Source of the DNA: Candidatus Multivoradales bacterium
Lineage (GTDB): Bacteria; Acidobacteriota; Thermoanaerobaculia; Multivoradales; J023
Assembly (NCBI GenBank): GCA_965248925.1
Contig: CBDFLE010000005.1
Location: 1,312,001-1,376,000, forward strand
Direction of reading: 5' to 3'
Length of the DNA: 64,000 bases
Shown one piece after another: positions 1 to 8,900 of the stretch (within the stretch, counting starts at the first letter, position 1; each line of letters begins with the position of its first letter). The notes below the pieces were generated by a model. It saw only the letters and a list, made by a program, of their open reading frames with translations. It was not told the DNA's origin and searched no databases. Both the position numbers and the translations under genes were made by a program.

Positions 1-562
1 GGCCCCGCCAATGCTCGAGCGCGGTATGAAAACGCTCGGCCCTCGCCGCCAAGTGCCAATCTCCCAGACGCCGCCCCAAACGCCGCCATAGGACCGCCTG
101 CCAATCCTCCCCTTCGCCTCTGTCCCAAGCTCGAACCCGCTGTTGCCGATAGACCGCGTAGCGATCGAACACCCCAGCGATCCGCCGTGCCAGATCGAGT
201 TGACGACGAACTCCAGGATCGGCAGCGAGATACTGCCGCAGAGGCTGCATCCGCGGGTCGTCGTCCAACTCCTTCAGCAATCCGCAAATTGACCAGGTCA
301 GCGCTTCAGGGCTGGGCAGAGCCTGGGTCGAGTCGCCGAGCACGGCGGCGAAGGCGCGCTCGATGAAGCGGCGCGGAAATGGAAAATCAGGATTGGCCCA
401 GATTCCCAGCCGGCGGGAGAGTTCCATCGCCAGCCAGCGCTCCATGCCGCGCCCCTGAACCACCACGCATTCGCTGGCAAGGGGATCCGACAATGGCCGA
501 GTTACCAGCTGGGCGAGAACAGCGAGCAGTTCCTCGGTACGGTTGCTGCGATAAATATACAT
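1..562 (-). CDS. recC: Exodeoxyribonuclease V gamma subunit RecC (N-terminal part; runs off the window)
   Basis: Manual translation from ATG at 562: MYIYRSNRTEELLAVLAQLVTRPLSDPLASECVVVQGRGMERWLAMELSRRLGIWANPDFPFPRRFI... then FDRYAVYR and WQAVLWRRL, matching the RecC N-terminus. Absent from the ORF track because it has no stop in the window. Confidence 0.92.
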   Translation of the reverse strand, partial: MYIYRSNRTEELLAVLAQLVTRPLSDPLASECVVVQGRGMERWLAMELSRRLGIWANPDFPFPRRFIERAFAAVLGDSTQALPSPEALTWSICGLLKELDDDPRMQPLRQYLAADPGVRRQLDLARRIAGVFDRYAVYRQQRVRAWDRGEGEDWQAVLWRRLGRRLGDWHLAARAERFHTALEHWRG

Positions 563-651
563 GGCGAGCCGGCGAATGATACCCCGCGCCTGGGCAGAGC
601 TCACCGTTGCCATAAGATAGTCCTCCGATCCATTCCCACGAGGAGTTGAAC

Positions 652-2334
652 ATGGCCGATGACCCGATCCAGGACGTAGCCTCCACCGCCACTTCGCCAG
701 CATCCAAGCGCGGTCGCGGGATGGCGCTGCACACCAAGATCTTGATCGGCATGGCGATCGGCGTCCTGGGTGGCCTGTTGGTCGGCCCGAACTCTCCCTT
801 GTTGGAAAAATCAGCCGTCGAGTTGACCGGCGCCGTGGTTCTCGATGCGCCGCAAGGAATCGCCGTAGCGATGGCCCAAGAGCTGCGCCGCGGCCGGCTG
901 GTGGACCAACAACCCGGCTGGTTGAAGATCGAAGGCCGGCTCTCAGCGGCGGCCTTGCTGCGCCTGCAGGCCGCTGGAGTGGCCGCGGCCGGCGGCGGCG
1001 AGCCCGGCATGACCGTCGGCGGCTGGGTGGCCGACGAAAGCGGCAAGATCCGTCGTTTCGCGCCCTTGGGCCAACGCTTGGTGGACCTCACCGAGTGGAT
1101 CGGCCGCCTCTTCCTGGCGCTGATCCGCATGGTGGTGGTGCCGCTGGTGTTCTTCTCTTTGGTGGTGGGGGTGGCCTCTTTGGGTGATTTTCGCAAGCTC
1201 GGCCGGCTCGGCGGTCGCACCCTGGCCTACTTCACCGGCACCACCGTCGTAGCGTTGGTGATCGGCGTCAGCCTGGCCAACCTGGTGGCTCCGGGCAAGC
1301 TGCTCTCGGCCGCCGACAGCGCCCTGCTGCAAAGCTCCTACAGCGGCCCCGCCGGCAGCAAGATGATGAGCGCCGCCGCGGCGCCGTCGCTGGTCGATCA
1401 CCTGGTTTCGATCGTGCCGACCAATCCGGTCGCGGCGCTGGCTGGTGGCGACATGCTGCAAGTGATCTTCTTCGCCCTGATGCTGGGCATCGCCCTGACT
1501 TTTCTCGACACCGAGCGCGCTAGACCGGTGGTGGAGCTATTCGACCGCCTCAACGATGCCATGGTGATGCTGGTTCACATCGCCATGGCGCTAGCACCCT
1601 ACGGCGTCGCCGCCCTGCTCTTCAAGGTGGTCGGATCAACTGGCTTCTCGGTGCTGGTCGCCCTGTCGGCCTACACTGGCGTGGTCTTGCTCGGCTTGTT
1701 GCTGCACTTGCTACTGACCTTCGGCACGGTGATCCGGATGGGAGTCAAACTGCCGTTCTTGAGTTTCCTCGGCGCCATCAAGGAAGCGGTTTTGGTGGGC
1801 TTCTCCACCTCCAGCTCCTCCGCCACCTTGCCGATAACCAAAGAGTGTTGTGAGGACAACTTGGGGATCAGTCCGCAGGTGTCGAGCTTCGTGCTGCCGA
1901 TTGGCGCCACCGTCAACATGGATGGCACCGCCCTTTACCAAGGTGTCGCGGCGATTTTCATTGCCCAGATTTACGGCATGGACCTCGGCCTGGCCGAACA
2001 AGCCACCATCGTCGCCTCGGCGACCTTGGCCTCGGTTGGCGCCGCCGGGGTGCCGGGGGCGGGCATGATCACCCTGGCTTTGGTGCTGACCGCCATCGGC
2101 GTGCCCACCGAGGGGCTGGCCCTGGTGCTCGGCGTCGACCGACTGCTCGACATGTTCCGTACCGCCCTCAATATCATCGGCGATGCCACCGCCACCGCCC
2201 TGATGGCGCGACTGGAAGGTGAAGATCTACGCATCCTGAGCGATGCCGAAGACAGCGCCGACCCTCGGCACGGTTTCGCTGGCCGACTCAGCGGCGGCCC
2301 GCGGGCGGTGAGCCTGCCTAGTGATAGCAACTAA
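652..2334 (+). CDS. Dicarboxylate/amino acid:cation symporter (DAACS, GltP/GltT-like) with an extra soluble insert after TM1
   Basis: Motifs FLALIRMVVVPLVF, FSTSSSSATLP, GATVNMDGTALY, GVDRLLDMFRTALN; GAGGAG RBS at 640-645 before ATG 652. Confidence 0.93.
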   Translation: MADDPIQDVASTATSPASKRGRGMALHTKILIGMAIGVLGGLLVGPNSPLLEKSAVELTGAVVLDAPQGIAVAMAQELRRGRLVDQQPGWLKIEGRLSAAALLRLQAAGVAAAGGGEPGMTVGGWVADESGKIRRFAPLGQRLVDLTEWIGRLFLALIRMVVVPLVFFSLVVGVASLGDFRKLGRLGGRTLAYFTGTTVVALVIGVSLANLVAPGKLLSAADSALLQSSYSGPAGSKMMSAAAAPSLVDHLVSIVPTNPVAALAGGDMLQVIFFALMLGIALTFLDTERARPVVELFDRLNDAMVMLVHIAMALAPYGVAALLFKVVGSTGFSVLVALSAYTGVVLLGLLLHLLLTFGTVIRMGVKLPFLSFLGAIKEAVLVGFSTSSSSATLPITKECCEDNLGISPQVSSFVLPIGATVNMDGTALYQGVAAIFIAQIYGMDLGLAEQATIVASATLASVGAAGVPGAGMITLALVLTAIGVPTEGLALVLGVDRLLDMFRTALNIIGDATATALMARLEGEDLRILSDAEDSADPRHGFAGRLSGGPRAVSLPSDSN

Positions 2335-2532
2335 CCAGCCAGCTGCCCACCAAGTGGGCGCCGCAGACTAAACCAGACCGCTGGCTGCCTGAGAAGTAGG
2401 CGGTAAGCGGCTGGTCGTCACCGTATTGACTGTTTTTTGGAGCGTCCTTGTACCTGGCACAATCCGTGCTTCTCAGTAGATCTTTGTAGTCTTCGATGCT
2501 TTAGATCTAATGAACCTGGAGGTGCGATCGCC

Positions 2533-4443
2533 ATGTCAAACCAATGCCCCGGTAAAGAAGGTTTTCTGAAAGCAGCTCGCGACCTATCTGCGGAGAGTTA
2601 TCGCCGCCTGGTGGGTCGGCGCGGGCGCCAGCTCTTGGGCGCGGCAGTTGGCCCGGTGAGCAACGAGAAACTGCGCCGACAAGTTGAGAAGAAACTCGAT
2701 TCACATTTCGAGAAGATCCACCTCGGCCGCGACTTCTTGCCAGCGTCGTTCCTGGCTGACGGCGCCAGCCGCGCGCAAGCGGTGTGCCGCATCTCGACCC
2801 CTACCTCCCTGGGCACCGGATTTCTAGTCGCACCGGGTATCCTGATGACTAACAACCACGTTTTGGAAGACCTCGCGACGGCCGCCGACAGCACCGCCGA
2901 GTTTGGCTTCGAGGCGGGCAAAAACGCCACTTTGGCGGCGATAGAACCCAGCCGATTGTTCATCACCAACGAGGCCCTGGACTTTACGATCGTCGCCTGC
3001 GACGCCACCCCCCTCGACGGTATCGAGCCGATCGCTTTGTTGCGCGAGCCGGCGGGCGCCATCCGCAACGAACGGGTCAATGTGATCCAACACCCGAGTG
3101 GTCGGCGTAAGGAAGTAGCGCTGCACGACAATCGGGTCGAGCGGGTGCTCGATACGGTGATTCGCTACCGCACCGACACCGAACCGGGATCCTCGGGCTC
3201 ACCAGTGTTCAACAATCAATGGCAGCTGGTCGCCCTGCACCACGCCGGCTTTGCCGAGGACGGCGGCCAAGCACAGAACGAAGGCATCCGGATTTCGGCA
3301 ATCATCAACCAGCTGTTGAGTTCATCAAGTGAATCGGCGGCCCGCAGCGAAGCCTTCGACGAGCTGCTCGCCACTCTCGATCACAGCACGCCGAACTTCG
3401 GTTTCTTCGACCTCGCTGGTTTGCGGCCGGATGACGGTCGCGAAGTCCAGGTCGACAGCCACCAGGGCACCCCGGATTTCGCCGATATCGGCGTGTGGAA
3501 TATCGAGCACTTCAACGACCGCATCTCCGATCGCCGGCTGGAGGACGTGGCCGATGTGATCGAGCGCCTGTCAATGGACGTGCTCGGACTGGTCGAGGTG
3601 CAGCGCGGCGCCATGGAACGCCTGGTCGAAAATCTTGGCCGGCGCGGTCTGGCGACCGGCTTCGCCTTGCTCGATGTCAGTGGCAGCCAGGATCTGGCGG
3701 TGCTCTTCGACCGCGACACCACCACCGTCGAGCTGCGCCCGGACCTCGCCGAACGCCACCAGGAGCGCCTCGCGGCCCGCACCGACAACGGCCGTAGCGC
3801 CTTCCCCAGGGCGCCGCTATTCGCCGATTGCCGGGTCGCCGACGAGCTGCACGGGGAGGTGCGCTTCCTGATGATGGTTGTCCACCTGAAAGCCTTTGGC
3901 GATCCCCAAAGCCGTGCCCGCCGCCGGCTAGCGGCGCAGATGCTGAGCGAGATCGTTGCCGACGTACAGACCAGTGAAGGCTTGCCGGTGGTGCTGACCG
4001 GCGACTTCAACGAACGCCTGACCACCGACGTACTCGACCCGCTGAGCGATGCCCAAGACCTCTTCGCGTTGACCGCGGACGATGCCCAAACCGACGCCAT
4101 CTCCTTCGTCGGCAATCGGCATCGCTCACTGATTGACCACATCATCGTCTCCCGCGACGCGGTGCTGGGCGAGATTTCCGGCGACGACGCTGCCATTGTT
4201 CGCCTCGACCGCTCGGTGCGCGACTTCAGCGATCGGGTTTCCGACCACGTGCCGATCGTGCTGCGCTTGATCTTCCACCCCAGCGCCGCGGATCAGCCGC
4301 CGGCCGACGACGCTCTACCCTCGCGGCCAACCGCCAACGGCAACGGTCAGCAGGTCTTCCACATCCCACTGCCAGCCGGCGCGGAGGGCATCCGCCTAGA
4401 ATTCGAGGGTGCCCGGGAGAGTACCGTAGTGGAGTTGGGCTAG
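2533..4443 (+). CDS. Trypsin-like (V8-type) serine protease fused to an endonuclease/exonuclease/phosphatase (EEP) domain
   Basis: Protease triad motifs TNNHV, LDFTIV, GSSGSPV; EEP motifs WNIEHF, LVEV, VHLKA, GDFN, IDHI, SDHVP; GGAGG RBS upstream of ATG 2533. Confidence 0.88.
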   Translation: MSNQCPGKEGFLKAARDLSAESYRRLVGRRGRQLLGAAVGPVSNEKLRRQVEKKLDSHFEKIHLGRDFLPASFLADGASRAQAVCRISTPTSLGTGFLVAPGILMTNNHVLEDLATAADSTAEFGFEAGKNATLAAIEPSRLFITNEALDFTIVACDATPLDGIEPIALLREPAGAIRNERVNVIQHPSGRRKEVALHDNRVERVLDTVIRYRTDTEPGSSGSPVFNNQWQLVALHHAGFAEDGGQAQNEGIRISAIINQLLSSSSESAARSEAFDELLATLDHSTPNFGFFDLAGLRPDDGREVQVDSHQGTPDFADIGVWNIEHFNDRISDRRLEDVADVIERLSMDVLGLVEVQRGAMERLVENLGRRGLATGFALLDVSGSQDLAVLFDRDTTTVELRPDLAERHQERLAARTDNGRSAFPRAPLFADCRVADELHGEVRFLMMVVHLKAFGDPQSRARRRLAAQMLSEIVADVQTSEGLPVVLTGDFNERLTTDVLDPLSDAQDLFALTADDAQTDAISFVGNRHRSLIDHIIVSRDAVLGEISGDDAAIVRLDRSVRDFSDRVSDHVPIVLRLIFHPSAADQPPADDALPSRPTANGNGQQVFHIPLPAGAEGIRLEFEGARESTVVELG

Positions 4444-4522
4444 CTGAACCGGCCTTTGGCCTGGTCAGAGCGTGGGGTCGCCGGCCGCCACCGGCGATCT
4501 CGCGCTACTCGTTAGGGGATGA

Positions 4523-4963
4523 TCAGCTATTGGCAGCCGCAAACGGATTACACACCGTCACACCGCCGTAGTTCTGCCCCTCGTTCAAGTCTTCAGACCA
4601 AAGCACCTGGCAGCCGAGCCGCGACGCACTCTGGAGAATCATCGCGTCCCAGAAGGAGATCTGAAAATCCTGCTGACGCTGCATCGCGGCCACCACGTCG
4701 CTGGCTTGGGGTGAGTGAATCTGCCACTCGGCCAGCACCTCGACCACGACCGTCGCCGATGAGATCGATAGAGGTTTCTCCACCCTGCGAGTCACGTTGA
4801 CAACGAATTCCTGAAGCGTCTGGATGCTCAGGCACCCGGTCCGCCGTTGCCACAGGCTGGCGAGAAGATCAGCGGCAATCCGCTGTTTGGGTCCAGCAGA
4901 GAGATCGTGGGCGTAGACCAGCACATTGGAGTCAACGAATTCGCGCGTCGTGCTATCGCTCAT
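4523..4963 (-). CDS. vapC: PIN-domain toxin (VapC-like)
   Basis: FVDSNVLVYAHD, SIQTLQEF, SFWDAMI, LWSEDL acidic PIN motifs. Confidence 0.92.
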   Translation of the reverse strand: MSDSTTREFVDSNVLVYAHDLSAGPKQRIAADLLASLWQRRTGCLSIQTLQEFVVNVTRRVEKPLSISSATVVVEVLAEWQIHSPQASDVVAAMQRQQDFQISFWDAMILQSASRLGCQVLWSEDLNEGQNYGGVTVCNPFAAANS

Positions 4964-5195
4964 GAAGTTCCGTTCGGGGAGCTAAGGGCCCTCCCCCAGT
5001 GCCCAAGTCGAATCCCCGGTCAAGCAATCGTAGGTGCTTGCTGCGAGCAAGCTCGTAGCGCTCTCGTCCTGCCACCATCTGCTCGATCAATCCGATCAGT
5101 AAACGGGACAACGAGATGCCTTCCTCAACCGCTGCAAGTTTGGCTTTCTTCAGCGTTTTCTTGGAAAGAGAGAGGGTGACGTTCTGAGTTTGCAT
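4953..5195 (-). CDS. Ribbon-helix-helix antitoxin (VapB/CopG-like)
   Basis: QNVTLSL...AKLAAVEEGISLSRLL RHH pattern; ends RTELHER; overlaps the PIN gene start. Confidence 0.85.
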   Translation of the reverse strand: MQTQNVTLSLSKKTLKKAKLAAVEEGISLSRLLIGLIEQMVAGRERYELARSKHLRLLDRGFDLGTGGGPLAPRTELHER

Positions 5196-5229
5196 TCAAA
5201 ATCTCCAATTGTCGGCTCCGAAAATCATA

Positions 5230-5262
5230 TCACGTAAACGCGTGTGTCACGCGTTTACGTGA
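5230..5262. promoter_or_regulatory. Perfect 15-bp inverted repeat, probable TA autoregulatory operator
   Basis: TCACGTAAACGCGTG-tgt-CACGCGTTTACGTGA, 35 bp upstream of the antitoxin start. Confidence 0.75.
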
Positions 5263-5365
5263 CTCTCAGAACCTGCGAGTCACTCGGGCGACCGCTCAAA
5301 ATCAGCTCCGGCAGGCCCGCTACATTTCAAACCCCAGGTGCGCCGGGCAGGTTAGGCTGGCGACG

Positions 5366-5968
5366 ATGAGCATCTTTCGCACTCTCGCCGCTGGCTGGCG
5401 CCACGAGATCCCCAAGATCAAGGGGTCGCGCTTCCTGGCTGCGGTGGAGCCGATCGATTCCACTGCTGAGGCAGCTGCATTCGTCGCCGCTCGGCGTGAA
5501 GAGTTTCGCGGCGCCACCCACAATTGCTGGGCTTGGCGGCTGAAGACTGCCGATGAATATCGCTACAGCGACGATGGCGAGCCCTCGGGTTCCGCCGGTC
5601 GGCCGATCTTCAAGGAGATCGAAGGGCGCGGCTTGCAGAATGTGGTGGTAGTGGTAACCCGCTGGTATGGTGGCACCAAGCTCGGCACCGGCGGCTTGGT
5701 ACGGGCCTACAGTGGCGCCGCCGCCGCCACTCTCGATCTAGCGAAGATCGTCGAGCGGCCGATTGTCGAGATCTTCGAACTGCGCTTCTCCTACGGTCTC
5801 AGCAGCGCCATCGACCGGCTGCTGGCCGCCTTCTCCCTGCAACCGACAGCCAGCCAATACCAGGCAGAGGTGTCGATGACCCTGGCGGTGCCGATCGACC
5901 AGGCCGACCGGCTGCGCCAAGAACTGATCGAAGCGACTTCTGGCCAGGTGGTGGTCAAGCGCCAGTAG
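5366..5968 (+). CDS. yigZ: IMPACT family protein YigZ
   Basis: IKGSRF, ATHNCWAW, SDDGEPSGSAGRP, VTRWYGGTKLGTGGLVRAY. Confidence 0.95.
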   Translation: MSIFRTLAAGWRHEIPKIKGSRFLAAVEPIDSTAEAAAFVAARREEFRGATHNCWAWRLKTADEYRYSDDGEPSGSAGRPIFKEIEGRGLQNVVVVVTRWYGGTKLGTGGLVRAYSGAAAATLDLAKIVERPIVEIFELRFSYGLSSAIDRLLAAFSLQPTASQYQAEVSMTLAVPIDQADRLRQELIEATSGQVVVKRQ

Positions 5969-6023
5969 CAGCTGTTCTCAGACATGTTTGCGAACAGGCT
6001 CAATAGCGGCTCGTCGCCCTCTT
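5963..6023 (+). repeat. 61-bp dispersed repeat, copy 1 (internally palindromic)
   Basis: CAGTAGCAGCTGTTCTCAGACATGTTTGCGAACAGGCTCAATAGCGGCTCGTCGCCCTCTT; 54/61 identical to 11211-11271 by manual alignment. Confidence 0.85.
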
Positions 6024-6047
6024 CCTACTCCTACGGTCGGCAGCGGA

Positions 6048-6075
6048 GTTAGAATCCTAGTTGTAGGAATCTAAC
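6048..6075. promoter_or_regulatory. Near-perfect 12-bp inverted repeat, probable operator of the AbrB-type gene
   Basis: GTTAGAATCCTA-gttg-TAGGAATCTAAC (one mismatch) just upstream of the RBS and ATG 6102. Confidence 0.6.
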
Positions 6076-6101
6076 CGTAGTTCATTCTACTGGGAGCAGC
6101 C

Positions 6102-6338
6102 ATGAGGATCACGACCAAGAGCCAGGTCACCATCCCGATCGAGATTGGTGAGCAGCTCGGGTTTCTGCCGCACGCGGAAGTCAGCTTCGTCGTCGATGGG
6201 ACCAGCGTCCGGCTGGTGAGAAGTGGAAAGCCCGGTGGCGGGCGAGGCCGCCGAATAGTGGATCATCTCACCAGCGTCCGCATGACGACCGAGGAGATTC
6301 TGGCTCTGACACCAGAACTCCTGACCTACTCCTCCTAA
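6102..6338 (+). CDS. AbrB/MazE/SpoVT-family antitoxin, apparently orphan
   Basis: MRITTKSQVTIPIEIGEQLGFLPHAEVSF swapped-hairpin motif; MTTEEILALT tail; no toxin ORF follows. Confidence 0.82.
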   Translation: MRITTKSQVTIPIEIGEQLGFLPHAEVSFVVDGTSVRLVRSGKPGGGRGRRIVDHLTSVRMTTEEILALTPELLTYSS

Positions 6339-6636
6339 CTCTTTGAAAACACAAGACCGCCCCTCAGAGAGGGTGGGGACCCAAGGCTGTCCACTTTTTT
6401 CGCTGCCGAGACATGATCGGGTAGGGCACCGACGACCGCCAATGCCGTCCCGTTTCCTGACTCCGTCTGCTTTGCCAATGGGGTCGTGGTGATCAACAAC
6501 CGTTGCCGGCTTCAACAGAGGGCGGCTATCGCTAGGTCGCCTGGACGCCGGCAACGCCTGGAAGGCCGAGGGTGTATCGAATCGCGAGATTGGCCGGCGA
6601 TTGGCCATCGATGAGCAGGCCGTTCGCAAGGATTTG

Positions 6637-8080
6637 TCAATGAAACCGCTCGCCGGCACCCGCCTGGCCCAGAGCCTGACGAGCGGCAGCGAAATCTCCT
6701 TCAGCGGCGCGTAGCAGACCGATCTCCAGGTGTGCCCGAGCGTTGGCCGGGTCGAGCGCCAACACTGCCGCCGCCCGCTGCTCCGCCAGCGCCAGCTCCC
6801 CCAGGCGCTGCTCCGACTCGGCCAAGCCGGCCAAGGCATCGAGGTCGCCAGGGCGGGCTTCAAGGTAGCGCTCGAAATAGCCGCGGGCAGCGGCGTAACG
6901 ACTCTCGTGATTGAGCGCCAGGGCCAGCGGCAAGAAAGCATCGATATAGTCCGGGGCGAGCCGCACCGCCAGCAGCAGCGCCTCCGAGGCCTCTCCCATC
7001 TTGCCCCGCAGGCGCCAAACCCGACCGAGCAGATAGCGGTACTCGGCCACTTCGGGATGCATCCTGACCAGCCAGCACCAGGGCAAGATCGCGGGCGAGG
7101 GCACCGAGCAACGCCGCCCGGCGCAGGTGGTAGATCGCCTGCTGCCGCCGTCCATCACGCCAGAAAAGGCGGGCCAGGGTCTGATGTGCAGCGCCCGGCT
7201 CAGGCCGCGTCGAGACCGCCTTCAGCAATTGCACCTCGGCCTCGGCAAGGCGCCCCTGCTGGGCTAGCAAGCGCCCGACAAGGACCCGAGCGGCGCTGCC
7301 GGCCGGGCCTCCCAGATGGCTTTGCAGCTCGCTAGCGGCGGCTTCGAGGTCTTGATCTTCGATCAGCTCGAGGGCGGCACGCAATGACTCCGGTTCGCTG
7401 GCCAGCAGGGCCACCGGGTCGAGCACCGGCGGTGCCACCCGCCGCCGCGGCCGGGCAGCTTCGAGGTCGAGCTTGCCAAGAGGCTCGCCAACCCCGGCCA
7501 GGGGCTCGAAATCGACCCGGCCACTGAGTGCCGCCGGATCAATCTGGCGTAGCCGATCGAGTTGGGCAACCAGCTCATCCTGGCGGTTTGCCGCCCACAG
7601 GGATTCGGCAAAGTAGCGCTAGGCGATCGCCGAGAGGGCGTCTTCGCTGGCGGTGAGCCGCAGCTCCCGCAACGGCTGCTCGACCTCACCCAGCCGTAGC
7701 TCGACCAGCGCCAGCGCGATGCGCGCCCGGCTGAGATCGACCGCTGCGGCATTGCGAGCCGGTTCGAGATGCTGTTTGGCGGCTGCCAGATCGCCCTTGG
7801 CAACTTCGATCAAGCCGAGCAGGTAGAAGGCCTCGCGGGCCGCTGCCCGATAGTGGCTGGCGGCGATCCGTGGCTCACCTTGGGCAACCGCGGTCTCGGC
7901 TTCGAGGAGCTCCCACTCAAGGGCGGCGGTCGAGGCAGCGTCATCCTCACCTTGGACGATGCTCGCCGCGGCGACCAAGGCGACCCCCATCACCATCCCT
8001 GCCATCACGGCGATGGGTCGGGGCACACCGCCGGAGGGACCGCCCGTGTGGTGGGTCATCGTTGGCAAAGTGGCGGCCAC
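6637..8080 (-). pseudogene. Fragmented TPR-repeat protein
   Basis: ORFs 7619-8080 and 6860-7438 share a frame separated by one TAG (7619-7621); frame change near 7065 into 6637-7158; TPR-like helices throughout. Confidence 0.75.
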
Positions 8081-8093
8081 AGCAGCGGTTCAC

Positions 8094-8834
8094 TCACCGT
8101 AGATTCCCGGCGGTGTAAAGCCCTCGCCGACCAGCTGCCAACGTTCTTCTTCGTCGTGCTGCCAGACCGCCTGAATCGGCTCGCTGGAAGACTTCCGGGC
8201 GCCACCGGATATCTATCTCAGCGCCGACCTGCTCAGCCAGCTCCGGCCAGGCGGTCATCAGGCCGGTGCGGGGCTCGCGCGCCGCCCCAAGGGTCGGATG
8301 GACCACTAGACTGGCTGCATAAGACAGCTGCCAGGCACCCGCCTCATCTACTGTCCACAGGTGCAGATAGTGACCTTCGGTGACCTCTGGATCGGGCATT
8401 GCGGGACGGTGAAAGCTGGTGCGCACCGCGCCGATGGCCCAGCGGAACTCCCCCGAACCTGCCAGCTGGATCCGCAGCGCTTCGGCTTCGTAGCGAAAGT
8501 CGAACTAGTCATCGAAAAGGGGCTTCCAGATCGACATTACCGCCAGCCGGCCGGCATGTAGTTCACCGGCCAAGAACACTGAATCCTAGGCTAGGAGGTG
8601 GCGAAAGCCCGCCCGGTCTCGCTGCCGAGCCACTCGGTTGAAGCCCTGCTCGGCCGCTTCGAGACCGGCCTGGCGGGCCGCCAGATCTAGCTCATGCGAA
8701 GGTTGGTTGGGCGCTGGTGTTGGTGGGTCGGCAGACAGAGGAAGGGCGGCTGCTAGCCACACCAGACAGCCGAGCCAAACGCCCGTTGACAGCGACCTGT
8801 GATGCTGGTTGTTCAAGGTCGCAGGGCCAGCCAT
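8094..8834 (-). pseudogene. Secreted NTF2-like/DUF4440-type protein with two in-frame TAG stops
   Basis: Signal peptide, then AAEQGFNR...FRHLLA*DSVFLAG...WKPLFDD*FDFRYEAE...GHYLHLW reads in one frame through TAGs at 8586-8588 and about 8505. Confidence 0.7.
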
Positions 8835-8900
8835 TGGGATCCTCCAACGGACGAGCCCGCGACGGTCGCCGCGGGCTCTGCGTAGCTGCTCTCGACCAGC

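Noticed and set aside
2372-2415. Imperfect hairpin after the DAACS gene
   Set aside because: Bulged stem without an adjacent U-tract; not enough to call a terminator or ncRNA
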